Part shown: positions 7,940-17,224 of the stretch, one piece after another
How positions within the stretch are numbered: the first letter of the stretch is position 1
Layout of the letters: every line of letters starts with the position of its first letter
IMG/VR virus record: IMGVR_UViG_3300046786_000293
Span: 192,001 to 256,000 of that record
Reading direction: 5' to 3' (one strand)
From: a virus
Taxonomy: Duplodnaviria > Caudoviricetes
DNA: 64,000 nucleotides
Notes under the pieces: generated by a model
What the model was told of the DNA's origin: nothing
The model's database searches: none
Seen by the model: only the letters and a program-made list of their open reading frames with translations
Made by a program: the position numbers and the translations under genes

Positions 7940-9652
7940 TTATGCCAGATAGTCTAAGTTACAATAAAATGTTATTTCTTCTATACAAGTGTTTGAGTGT
8001 ATATTTGAGCCATAGTCGATAAAATTATACACATCAGTCAAATTGATGCCGTTACCAGTCCAACTGGGACGACTTCTACTTAATTCAGTGTCTAATCTAT
8101 CTAAAGTGATTAATGTTGTTTTAAAAGGTACTTTGTTTTGTTTAAATGCTTGTGTGCCTTGCTTACTGGCATGCTCTAACGCAGCCTTGCTAATACGGTA
8201 TGTTTCGAATCTGGGTTCTGGCGCAACTAGTGATTTAGCACCTGAACTGCCGATATTGATAATCCAGCCCTGCTTGTTGGCATTTTTCCATGCATCGTAT
8301 ACAGCCATATATAGGTTAGTTTGTGCAAAATTAGCCCATGCTTCTTGGGGAGGGCCATCAAACGCATTGTTGATAAACACATCGTATTCAAGGCTCAATT
8401 GAGCAATACGTTGAATATCCTCATTCTTGGTAATGTCGTAGCCTTCTGCCCTACTAACGCTTTGTCCGTTGGTATATGTTGCAAGGGATAGCCCAAGACC
8501 TCTATTGCCACCAGTTATTAAAAATTTCTTTTTCATTTTTGTTTGATCCCAAACTTTTGTAAATTGTTTGCCACAAGTCAACGCACACTCAAAAATACGT
8601 TCTGGAAAACTATTACAGCTCCAGCTTTTTTCTAAGGCAGGCCAAAATGTACTTTTGAATATTTGTTCTAGACTATTGTTTTTTATGTTTAGACTTTGTT
8701 CGTCGTGTTGTTTGATAAATTCTGCAACTTGATTCTTGTTGTTAACTGTACTTAGTGAATTACTGCAAGGCATTACATCATCGTCGTAGAATCTTGCATC
8801 ATACAGATTATGATTAAGCATATTGCAGGGTAATACAAGACCGTGAGCATTAATTGCTACTCTGTTGTGGGTGAGAGAATCGCACTTTATTTCTACGTTT
8901 TTAAAGTAGTCTGTAAAGTCTTCATATTTTTCCTGCAATGCAGGTAAGTTGTTAATACTGCGATTTGTAAATTCTACACTAGTTGTCGGTTTTATGCTAT
9001 AGATTTTATTGCCGTTGCGATCTACTACTGGCCATTCGTCGAACGTGGCCATGGTTTTGTGATTTAAAAAACGTCCAGTTGACCTGTACAAAAACTTGTC
9101 GAACCCTAGTTCCTTGCTTAGTTGCTCTGCTTGTTTAATCTGATGTTGATTATGTTCGAATACAATAAAGTTCCAGACCGCACGTCCACCTGCATCTATA
9201 AATGCTTTCGCATTTTTAATAATTTTATTAAAATCAGTATTACGTCTATATAAGTGATTGGTATCTTCTAGTCCGTCGATATTAAAATCAATTTGACCGT
9301 AACCGTTTATTATATAAGCGATCTCCTGCCAAAACTCTGTGTCATGTGCTCCGCCATTAGTGTGCATATACAGCCAAAGTTTAGGAGATTTTTGTCTAAA
9401 GTCCCACAGGATATCTAAAAAATCTGGGTGCATAATGGGATCACCGTAACTACCACAGAAGAATACTTGTCTTAGTCTATTGCATAACTCGGTAGTAAAT
9501 GCTTGATTAATTACAGATCTTGGTAGATGCTCTAATTTTAAATGTGGATTGACACGCCCACCGTTGATGTTTCGTGGGCATTGTGGACAAGCCGCGTTGC
9601 AATAGGTAGTCAACTCAACTTGATATTCATCAATTTTGTTAAAGTTAAACAA
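7940..9652 (-). CDS. radical SAM/SPASM protein fused to a C-terminal short-chain dehydrogenase (SDR) domain
   Basis: CxxxCxxC (YCNAACPQC), FCGSYGDP and C-terminal Cys motifs, followed in frame by TGGNRGLG, IINIGS and YRISK (SDR Rossmann and YxxxK motifs). Likely TTG start at 9652; the ORF track extends it to 9697. Confidence 0.8.
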   Translation of the reverse strand: MFNFNKIDEYQVELTTYCNAACPQCPRNINGGRVNPHLKLEHLPRSVINQAFTTELCNRLRQVFFCGSYGDPIMHPDFLDILWDFRQKSPKLWLYMHTNGGAHDTEFWQEIAYIINGYGQIDFNIDGLEDTNHLYRRNTDFNKIIKNAKAFIDAGGRAVWNFIVFEHNQHQIKQAEQLSKELGFDKFLYRSTGRFLNHKTMATFDEWPVVDRNGNKIYSIKPTTSVEFTNRSINNLPALQEKYEDFTDYFKNVEIKCDSLTHNRVAINAHGLVLPCNMLNHNLYDARFYDDDVMPCSNSLSTVNNKNQVAEFIKQHDEQSLNIKNNSLEQIFKSTFWPALEKSWSCNSFPERIFECALTCGKQFTKVWDQTKMKKKFLITGGNRGLGLSLATYTNGQSVSRAEGYDITKNEDIQRIAQLSLEYDVFINNAFDGPPQEAWANFAQTNLYMAVYDAWKNANKQGWIINIGSSGAKSLVAPEPRFETYRISKAALEHASKQGTQAFKQNKVPFKTTLITLDRLDTELSRSRPSWTGNGINLTDVYNFIDYGSNIHSNTCIEEITFYCNLDYLA

Positions 9653-11417
9653 CTTCGATGTCCGTATTATAGTTTGTAAATCCGTTTTCTTTAACAACAG
9701 TAAGAATGTTGTTCACACGTCCAGCAAGCTCGTCTTTATGACTTACTAGCCAAACACTACGACTACCTTCTCTGCTCATTTTCTTAAGGATAGCAAGACT
9801 ATTTTCAACACCTGAAGCATCCATACCACTGTCGACAAGTTCGTCAATGAACAACAAGTTAATAGGTTGATATAGGCTTTCCCATACATCACGGAAACTC
9901 CAACTTAGACTTAGTATCAAACGATTGCGTTCGCCCCTGCTCAAATTGTCAAAGTCTAACTCACGCCCATATTCTTCAATGCTGACTGACAAATCATTGT
10001 TAAACTTAACAGTATGCGGTAATCCAATCTTGTCTAAGTAATAGCCCAAACGAGCGTTTAAGTGATTTAAGTTTTGGTCAATAATCTTTTTACGAATAAA
10101 ACTGTCTTTGTTAGTTAACAGCTTAAGTAGGAACTCTTGATGTTCACGTAACCGTGTTAGTTCGTTCATAATATCGTAACTAACTTCCTGCAGAGCTTGT
10201 TCACGCATTTCTATAATTTGATCTGCGTAAGGATCTGCCTCTGCCTCTTTTGCAGTTAATTGACTAAGCACAGCAGCCATACTACTACGATGCTCAAATG
10301 CGTCCGCTTCATTTTCGTAAAATGTAACAGGTTGTTCACCGACAGCACCTATTTGTGTACTAGCCACTAATAGTTTATCCACTGCTTCGCAATAAGAATT
10401 AAAGAGTTCTATAGATTCTGCCAAAGCCGCAGCCTTTTCTTCTAATACTCTAGTGTGGTTTTCATCGTGAAATTCTTGTCCACAACTATGACACTTGTGA
10501 TCCCTTAGACTTTCAAGCTCTGCTTCTAGCTTATGCACAGTTCGCATTTCTCTATCGCGATCCTGCTCAGCACGTTTTAACGCTGTTTGGTTGGCTTTTG
10601 CATCGGCTGCACGCCGTGTATACTCTCCAAGACGCTTATGGGCTTCGAGTTCTGCTTCGATATCAAGCTCCGCCAATTGATTATATGCTGCCCTAAATCC
10701 AGCAATGTCTGCATCTCGTTTTGTGATCCAAAGATTTTGACGGCGTATGAGTGCGTCAATTTGATCTTGGATGCGTTTGTTTGCATCTGCCACAGCAGCA
10801 ATACGAAATTCTTCACTTTGTATGGCATCCTTGGTGGACTTGTTTTGAACTTTAAGGGATTCGGCTTTTTCTGAAAGTAAAGTAATACCGAGAAGTTGTT
10901 CAATAATAGTTCTTTGATCATTGGCTTTTAAACTCAAAAATGGCTCAGTATAGGTATTCAAAGCCACAATGTGCTTAAACATGTCATGACTCATATTCAA
11001 CAAGCGTTCAATTTCTTGCTGTGTTTCTCTGCTGTCACCTTGACTGTTATCGTCTTTGGTTTCTAATTCTGTGTCGTTGACATAGAATTTAAGCACATTG
11101 GGTTTACGACCTCGCTCAATTCTATATGCCATGCCTTCACATTCGAAATCGATTGTAACTAACATGTGTTTACTGTTAGTTTTATTGATTAGATTATCTT
11201 TTTTAATATTAGTTAAAGCGTTACCGAACAATGCATAACTCAAAGCATTGATAATAGTTGTTTTACCAGTACCATTACGGGCACCGCTATCGTCCCCGCC
11301 CAAATCTAAGTTTTCCCCTAGTACAAGCGTTAAGTCTCTGCGATCAAAGTCGATGCCTTGAGTAGCATTGCCCACGCTCATGAAATTTTTAACTGATAGT
11401 GATTTTATTTTGAACAT
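9645..11417 (-). CDS. gp46: recombination endonuclease ATPase subunit (gp46/SbcC/Rad50)
   Basis: Walker A NGTGKTT, zinc hook CHSC, signature LSRGE, Walker B LLFIDE, H-loop SH. Confidence 0.95.
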   Translation of the reverse strand: MFKIKSLSVKNFMSVGNATQGIDFDRRDLTLVLGENLDLGGDDSGARNGTGKTTIINALSYALFGNALTNIKKDNLINKTNSKHMLVTIDFECEGMAYRIERGRKPNVLKFYVNDTELETKDDNSQGDSRETQQEIERLLNMSHDMFKHIVALNTYTEPFLSLKANDQRTIIEQLLGITLLSEKAESLKVQNKSTKDAIQSEEFRIAAVADANKRIQDQIDALIRRQNLWITKRDADIAGFRAAYNQLAELDIEAELEAHKRLGEYTRRAADAKANQTALKRAEQDRDREMRTVHKLEAELESLRDHKCHSCGQEFHDENHTRVLEEKAAALAESIELFNSYCEAVDKLLVASTQIGAVGEQPVTFYENEADAFEHRSSMAAVLSQLTAKEAEADPYADQIIEMREQALQEVSYDIMNELTRLREHQEFLLKLLTNKDSFIRKKIIDQNLNHLNARLGYYLDKIGLPHTVKFNNDLSVSIEEYGRELDFDNLSRGERNRLILSLSWSFRDVWESLYQPINLLFIDELVDSGMDASGVENSLAILKKMSREGSRSVWLVSHKDELAGRVNNILTVVKENGFTNYNTDIEVV

Positions 11418-11429
11418 AATACTAGGTAT

Positions 11430-11458
11430 AATATAAATGAAAAACTGAGATAAGTCAA
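11430..11458 (-). promoter_or_regulatory. sigma70-like promoter for gp46 (TTGACT-17-TATATT)
   Basis: Near-consensus -35 and -10 boxes with a 17-nt spacer, immediately upstream of the ATG at 11417. Confidence 0.65.
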
Positions 11459-12174
11459 AGATTTTTAAAGACGGCTTGCTCTAAATTAGAATAGACTCTG
11501 TCGTCAAACCCTATAAAATCTACGCAAGGTTTGAGCACAGTATTAATCCAATCTAAATTGATTAAGGTGTGAGGTTGCGGTAACCCTGTGTCATACTGTC
11601 GGTGTTTACTATGATTTCTGAATTCACTGTACCCTTTGAGGCCATTAAAAGATATCCAAGGATATGAACTTATAATGTCTTTATTAGGATCGATAAAATC
11701 ATAATCATAACATAATGAAAATGCAAATTCTATATTTCTTGATTTTAAGAGTTCTGCTGCTGCCATAATAAATGCTTGTGTTCTTTGCAATGCCTGCCAG
11801 TACTTAATATATCGTTTATGATAATCCTGAATATATGGATTAGCAGAACCGCTAGTAACCCACCAATTGTTATTGTTACTTTTTATAATATTAAAATGGT
11901 ATACAGGATCTATTTGTGCTTGGTCAGACCAAAATGAATCTAATACTACATCGACTCGATTGGGAATTGACCATTGTATAATAGCTTGATCAATTTGAAT
12001 ACTATTAACAGTTTCGCATAATTGTAAAAAAATTAATTCGTTGCTAGCGCCCACAACACTACGATTAATAATTTTATGAGTTTTTGACAATAGTAAAGAA
12101 AGATAAAACGGCCATTTTTTAAAATTATTATCTATACCGTTACCGTCACTAATCACTAGTAAATTTTTTTTCAT
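11455..12174 (-). CDS. hypothetical protein, possibly SGNH-hydrolase-like (likely start MKKNLLV at 12174)
   Basis: N-terminal LLVISDG...KWP...NRSVVGASN...QWS..R pattern resembles the SGNH-like proteins elsewhere in the window. Confidence 0.5.
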   Translation of the reverse strand: MKKNLLVISDGNGIDNNFKKWPFYLSLLLSKTHKIINRSVVGASNELIFLQLCETVNSIQIDQAIIQWSIPNRVDVVLDSFWSDQAQIDPVYHFNIIKSNNNNWWVTSGSANPYIQDYHKRYIKYWQALQRTQAFIMAAAELLKSRNIEFAFSLCYDYDFIDPNKDIISSYPWISFNGLKGYSEFRNHSKHRQYDTGLPQPHTLINLDWINTVLKPCVDFIGFDDRVYSNLEQAVFKNL

Positions 12175-13036
12175 TTTTGACCATTTCCAATATATCCCCG
12201 ACGGTTTTAAACCAATCACGATAGTCCCATACTTTGATACTAATACTATATTTTTCTTCTAGTTTATAGTTAATATACCCTTGCGTATGAAAATCTTTTA
12301 TATGAATTAATGAAAAATCTAAATTTAGATTATCAAGTGCTTGATTTATATTTTGCCATTCGGTATACGGAGATATATGTTCTTTATTGGCTAGTGCCCA
12401 TTCTGCACATACATTTTTAAGTTTTTCTGTATTCTGTACAGTTAAATTTAATTTTTCAAATATTCCTGTCAGGCAAGTAACAGGATTATTGACTAATTCT
12501 GAGATATTAAAATTTATGCAAGACTCTTGAGGATGCCATGTAAATGGCCAACTGTGATAAAGCAAGGTTATATTTTCTCTTATAGCATAAGGTTCAAAAG
12601 GCTTATCCCAATCATGCCTATTACCGTATGCTTGGTCGACGGTATAGTCTTGAATTGCTTTAACTGACATTGTGTTATAAACAACAGGTCTTACTTCGTG
12701 ATCTATAACGGCTCTTAATATAGTTGCATTCGGAAAAACAGATTTAATTTTATCGTAACTGTCATTGTTGATACCGTTGTCACACAGTACTAAAATTTTT
12801 TTCTGTCCTGGATCGAGATCTATAGTATTATCATAGTAGTCTGGATCGTGAAAGTAGACATGTGTGTATTTTTTTACAGAATGACTGTCGCCGTCTATAC
12901 TTATTTTAAACTTTTCGTTAAGAACCTTAACCGTTTCAACCGCAAACTCTGACAAAATATAGTACAAAAAGTTACCAAATCCGCCTGAGGGATATGATAT
13001 CAAAATAATATTATTTCCAGTAGTATCAAATTTCAT
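12149..13036 (-). CDS. hypothetical protein, possible sulfotransferase-like P-loop fold
   Basis: 295-aa ORF with N-terminal ILISYPSGGFGNFL. The fold assignment is inference only. Confidence 0.45.
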   Translation of the reverse strand: MKFDTTGNNIILISYPSGGFGNFLYYILSEFAVETVKVLNEKFKISIDGDSHSVKKYTHVYFHDPDYYDNTIDLDPGQKKILVLCDNGINNDSYDKIKSVFPNATILRAVIDHEVRPVVYNTMSVKAIQDYTVDQAYGNRHDWDKPFEPYAIRENITLLYHSWPFTWHPQESCINFNISELVNNPVTCLTGIFEKLNLTVQNTEKLKNVCAEWALANKEHISPYTEWQNINQALDNLNLDFSLIHIKDFHTQGYINYKLEEKYSISIKVWDYRDWFKTVGDILEMVKNEKKFTSD

Positions 13037-14049
13037 AAATTTCTATAGATATCTAATAACAGATTATTATTGTAATGCTCACTAGTAATTGCAGTAAGTT
13101 GATTAGTTACAATTTGATCCACGCTTTCAAAGGCTACATTACCTTGTATTTCGAAATCATTTACATCTGCATTCTTTTGCGGAATCAATGTAACTTCTCG
13201 CAAATTGTGACTTTCAATAAAGGTTTCCTTGATAAACGTTGCTTCTTCGTAACTAATGGGAATGTCTATGTTAACTCGTACATGCATTCCAGGTCTGAGT
13301 AAAGTATCTGCATTATCAATGATTGCGCCCAGGCCCAATACTCTGTATGTAGGCTGGTCGGGCCAAGCGAAGTATACTGGATCCTTGTCCCATTCGATGA
13401 CACATAGTCCCCGCTCATCATCCCCTGCATCTGCATAGTTATGGGGGAAACAGTTACCAATATAGGAGATGTTCTTATACTGTTGGCGTTTGTGAAAATG
13501 TCCCGTAAAGACTTGATCAAAATGGCTAAATGATTCACGTTTTAGATCTCCATGATCAGGCATTTGTACCATAGCATTCATAAAGAAATGCGGCAGTTCA
13601 AAATGCCCAAACATATATTTGCCTTTTAGCTTAGGAATCCGCTTATGATCATCTCCCACAAGCCAAGGAGCAATAACCACATCACCACTAGAAAACCAAT
13701 CGTTAACGATTTGAACGTTGGGGAGGTGACGAGCCCATTCAACTGATTGAATATCGCGTTTATCGCGATAATACAAATCATGATTGCCAGGAATAAAGTA
13801 TACACGTTCAAAGTTTGCATTTAAATGCTCCAAGGCCTTTAGGCTGTAGTTAAGTGTAACAATGTTAATGCTAGCACGATTGTTGTGCCAGTCTCCTAAA
13901 AATAATGCTGTTTCACAACCTTCTTCTTTAGCTTTAGCAGTAGCCCATTTAACAAAGTTAAGACAATCTTCGTTGTGAAGTTGGCTATTCGATTTTAAAC
14001 CAAAATGGATATCCGTAAACACGGCAGCTTTTTTAAATAGATTAGACAT
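13033..14049 (-). CDS. gp47: recombination endonuclease nuclease subunit (gp47/SbcD/Mre11)
   Basis: Metallophosphoesterase motifs DIHFG, GDWH, GNHD, GHFE, GHFH. Confidence 0.95.
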   Translation of the reverse strand: MSNLFKKAAVFTDIHFGLKSNSQLHNEDCLNFVKWATAKAKEEGCETALFLGDWHNNRASINIVTLNYSLKALEHLNANFERVYFIPGNHDLYYRDKRDIQSVEWARHLPNVQIVNDWFSSGDVVIAPWLVGDDHKRIPKLKGKYMFGHFELPHFFMNAMVQMPDHGDLKRESFSHFDQVFTGHFHKRQQYKNISYIGNCFPHNYADAGDDERGLCVIEWDKDPVYFAWPDQPTYRVLGLGAIIDNADTLLRPGMHVRVNIDIPISYEEATFIKETFIESHNLREVTLIPQKNADVNDFEIQGNVAFESVDQIVTNQLTAITSEHYNNNLLLDIYRNL

Positions 14050-14058
14050 AGATAAATT

Positions 14059-14087
14059 ATTATAGTCTGTTTTAAAAGAAAATGCAA
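14059..14087 (-). promoter_or_regulatory. sigma70-like promoter for gp47 (TTGCAT-17-TATAAT)
   Basis: Perfect -10 box and a 17-nt spacer just upstream of the ATG at 14049. Confidence 0.7.
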
Positions 14088-14099
14088 TATCTTTTTAGT

Positions 14100-15029
14100 T
14101 CATTCAACAATAAAGTTATCTAAGCTTCGAATCTTTTCACATTTCATATGTATCAAATGCCGCACACAGTTTTCTTCCCATCGTTTTAACTGGGGTAGAA
14201 AATCTTTGTTGAATGTAGATTGTAGTTCGTCGTAATTTTTGATTAGCTTTCTTTTATCGTATTTTATACCTTTATGGTCCGATCTATTAGACTGCTGAAT
14301 AATGTCTGCAAATTCCAATATATAAAAGTTTAAGTGGGGAAAAATAGTTCTAAAATGACACAGCGCTTGCCAATTAGCACGAGCCATGGCAGATAATATA
14401 GTTAATTCAACTGGAGAAATAGTAATAGCGTCCATAGTCTCCCACGATACATCGCTATTATAATGATGATAACCAAATTTATGTGCAATGAGTAAACTAG
14501 ATGCCCAGCCCCACCAATCTGATCTATAAGTTAAAAAAATATCTGGCAGCGTTTGTCTTACAGTCGAGTATAACGCCAGGTCGTTGCCTCCTAAAAAAGT
14601 ATGGAAAGATCCAGCATCATCATATGGTTTATCGGTTGCCAACGTATACCCGCATTTTTTATATAAAATTGATTCAGCAAACACAGTGCCGCAACGATTA
14701 AACGTCAAGACTTGAACTCTTGATGATTTTGGTCTATTAGAAAATTGCAAGTTGTTAACAATCAAGGAATTTGAATCACACCACCTGGAGTGTATAAATT
14801 TGTGGTCCAAGGTGTACAAACTTTTTATTTTCTCACAACTTAAGGAAGTTACATCAATAGTAGATTCGGGCGGAATTTCCCATATCAGTCGTTCGTCGCT
14901 GTCTTTGGGAAAGACAGACGGCCACTTTCCGCTATAGACAGTTTCTAAAATTGTAAAATCTGGGTACAAAGAGTGTAACCATTCTCGTTCCCCAGGCAAA
15001 TCTTGAGTGAAGATAATTTTATTCTTCAT
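14100..15029 (-). CDS. hypothetical protein, possible sulfotransferase-like (likely start MKNKIIF at 15029)
   Basis: Long ORF. VLTFNRCGTVFAESIL resembles the R-[ST]-G-[ST] 5'-PSB loop of sulfotransferases; weak match. Confidence 0.45.
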   Translation of the reverse strand: MKNKIIFTQDLPGEREWLHSLYPDFTILETVYSGKWPSVFPKDSDERLIWEIPPESTIDVTSLSCEKIKSLYTLDHKFIHSRWCDSNSLIVNNLQFSNRPKSSRVQVLTFNRCGTVFAESILYKKCGYTLATDKPYDDAGSFHTFLGGNDLALYSTVRQTLPDIFLTYRSDWWGWASSLLIAHKFGYHHYNSDVSWETMDAITISPVELTILSAMARANWQALCHFRTIFPHLNFYILEFADIIQQSNRSDHKGIKYDKRKLIKNYDELQSTFNKDFLPQLKRWEENCVRHLIHMKCEKIRSLDNFIVE

Positions 15030-15894
15030 AGTGGCCGCCCCCACCACCGCTCATATTTTGTCGAGTGTAACTTGGATTAAGGTTGTTCATTTCGAGGATG
15101 TCATCTCTTAAATTTTGATTACGTTTTTCGATGTTAAGAACTCGAGTAAAGCTATTAGTAATGGCGGCAGTGTAATATGCAAAGGGATTCTGACTTTTGG
15201 ATTCGTCAAACTGTAAACCAATTTGAGATAGTTGTAGTAGAGCCTGTGAACGCATTTCATCATTGTATGTGTATCCTCTCCAGTTGCTACGAGTAGCATA
15301 ACGCTCACATAATTTAATAAACATATGAGCTAGTTTGTTAGTCATAGAGCCATGCTCTTTACTGAACTTACCAGTTTCTAAGTCACCGCGCCAATGGCTT
15401 TTACCTACTAAAACAGGTTCACCTTCTTCGTCGACTTTATAATGATAAAATGGAGGAAAATTAACTTTGACGTATTTGTTATGTTTCGGGTCGTCCTCGT
15501 CATATTCTGTATGGGCAGGCTCGTCTTCATCTTCAAACAGTTCTTTAGCAACATTTTTAGCTTTTTGAGTTTTAACATCATCCAACGGTATATGTTCCCA
15601 AGTCATAATTCTAAAGACTACATCAGTCTGTGGGACTTTAGTGTATTTGATCTCAAAATCGTCTAATTTTTGCTTTTCTCCAGTAGCAGCTACTGCGGCT
15701 TCATGTGCTAGCTTACCCAAGCGTTCAGCCCTTGCTTTGCGGGCAGCTAAAATGTTTTTCTTGTTAATTTTTTTGACATTGTCTAAAATTAAATCATAAT
15801 CGGAATATTCTGGACTAGTGAAACTACAATAAGTGGTTTTACTTTTATGTATTTCTTTAAGAATATCTTTATTGTTGAGATAGTTGTGTTTAAT
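15019..15894 (-). CDS. gp55: late-transcription sigma factor (T4 gp55-like); extended upstream to an ATT start at 15894
   Basis: NWRGYTYNDEM...FDESKSQNPFAYYT matches gp55. The frame stays open upstream of the track's TTG (15720) through HNYLNNKDILKEI, which resembles the gp55 N-terminus. SD AGGAGA lies 6 nt before the ATT. Confidence 0.85.
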   Translation of the reverse strand: MKHNYLNNKDILKEIHKSKTTYCSFTSPEYSDYDLILDNVKKINKKNILAARKARAERLGKLAHEAAVAATGEKQKLDDFEIKYTKVPQTDVVFRIMTWEHIPLDDVKTQKAKNVAKELFEDEDEPAHTEYDEDDPKHNKYVKVNFPPFYHYKVDEEGEPVLVGKSHWRGDLETGKFSKEHGSMTNKLAHMFIKLCERYATRSNWRGYTYNDEMRSQALLQLSQIGLQFDESKSQNPFAYYTAAITNSFTRVLNIEKRNQNLRDDILEMNNLNPSYTRQNMSGGGGGHYEE

Positions 15895-15918
15895 TTTAGT
15901 TCTCCTATAAGTTAGCGC

Positions 15919-15948
15919 ATACTAACACTTTTGTGGCACCTATGTCAA
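15919..15948 (-). promoter_or_regulatory. sigma70-like promoter for the late sigma gene (TTGACA-18-TAGTAT with TGn extended -10)
   Basis: Perfect -35 box and an extended -10 box upstream of the SD. Confidence 0.65.
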
Positions 15949-15973
15949 CCTATAATAATATGCTATTTTCAAA

Positions 15974-15994
15974 TCGATAAATATCTAAAACAGG
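15974..15994 (+). promoter_or_regulatory. late promoter ATAAATA within a 21-nt block (TCGATAAATATCTAAAACAGG) repeated exactly at 22573-22593
   Basis: Resembles the T4 late promoter TATAAATA, and heads the baseplate operon. Confidence 0.7.
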
Positions 15995-16001
15995 TATTTA
16001 C

Positions 16002-16910
16002 ATGGCATTTACACCTACAAGCGGCGCACTTTATTCAGACAGTTATAGTCCTAATGGTGCATCAAATCAAGCTAGTTTTGCACAATCTGCAGCAAGCGTG
16101 AACGTCAACGATCCTAGTACGGCTAGATTAGCCACTGCAGGATTGGGCGCAGGAGGAACAAATCCCCTAAGTGCTATAGCAGGTAAAGTATTTAACTTTT
16201 GGTATGACCAAACAAACGGTTCTGGTCTAGCACCTGAGGCAGATTGGCGTGTTCGTCTAAGTATGCAACCTGCTACAGCCAGTTTGTTTTATGCTAATCC
16301 TAATAATAAAATAATGAACCCACTAGTTCAAACAAGCGGGCTTATATTTCCTTATACACCAGCGTTGACTATAAGACACAGTGCAAACTATAATCCAACA
16401 AAGCTAACTCACAGTAATTACAGTTCTTATTTTTATGAAGGCAGTGAAGTTAGCGGAATCGACATCAATGCAGAATTTACAGTACAAGATATTGCAGAAG
16501 GTCAATACTTAATGGCTGCAATACATTTTATGCGAGCCTGTACTAAAATGTTCTTTGGCCAAAGTCAACTGGCGGGAACTCCTCCTCCAATGGTATTTTT
16601 AGATGGCTATGGTAGTTTTTATTTGCCGCATGTGCCTTGTGTTGTAACTAGTTTTAGTCACACTATGCCAGCAGAAGTTGATTATATTAATGTACCGATT
16701 GGTACTTCACTGAGTGACGTCGCAGGAAATGCTGTAAATACCGCAAGCAATTTAGGCCCGAGTGTCAGGCTCCCTACTACAAGTACATTTAATATTAGTC
16801 TACAACCCGTTTATAGTAGAACAAACATTGCTAATAATTTTACATTAGAGAATTATAGTATAGGTGCTCTTGTTCAACCTAGTGTCGGTTCTCGAGGAGG
16901 ATTCTTATAA
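16002..16910 (+). CDS. baseplate / tail-tube-initiator-like protein (contractile-injection tube-like domain)
   Basis: FPYTP...HSANY...THSNY, EFTVQ, TKMFFG...PPP.VFLDGYG...PCVVTSF motifs. First gene of the baseplate operon. Confidence 0.6.
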   Translation: MAFTPTSGALYSDSYSPNGASNQASFAQSAASVNVNDPSTARLATAGLGAGGTNPLSAIAGKVFNFWYDQTNGSGLAPEADWRVRLSMQPATASLFYANPNNKIMNPLVQTSGLIFPYTPALTIRHSANYNPTKLTHSNYSSYFYEGSEVSGIDINAEFTVQDIAEGQYLMAAIHFMRACTKMFFGQSQLAGTPPPMVFLDGYGSFYLPHVPCVVTSFSHTMPAEVDYINVPIGTSLSDVAGNAVNTASNLGPSVRLPTTSTFNISLQPVYSRTNIANNFTLENYSIGALVQPSVGSRGGFL

Positions 16911-17224
16911 TGGCTAACAACGGTCTTAACTATGACAGGAATAGTCCTTATTACTTAACTCCGGTATACGGTAAATTTTTAGATGTTGCGGTATTCCCCA
17001 ACATTCCAAGACTACCCGACGATGTAGTTTTCATCATTAATGAAACATATCAATACAGACCTGACTTATTAGCATTTGATCTATACGGCGATCAAGGGCT
17101 CTGGTGGGTTTTCGCACTACGAAATCCTAATAGTATACAAGATCCTGTGTTTGATATGAAAGTGGGCAAACCGATTTATATACCAAAAAAAGCAACTCTT
17201 AATTCTGTACTAGGGATAGTATAA
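16910..17224 (+). CDS. baseplate wedge protein, gp53/LysM-like
   Basis: YQYRPDLLAFDLYGDQGLWWVFALRN is a LysM-like gp53 motif. Confidence 0.75.
   Translation: MANNGLNYDRNSPYYLTPVYGKFLDVAVFPNIPRLPDDVVFIINETYQYRPDLLAFDLYGDQGLWWVFALRNPNSIQDPVFDMKVGKPIYIPKKATLNSVLGIV

Noticed and set aside
9645-11417. Intein or intron in core genes (gp46, portal, giant ORF)
   Set aside because: Lengths are as expected, and no intein splice motifs or LAGLIDADG/HNH inserts were recognised.
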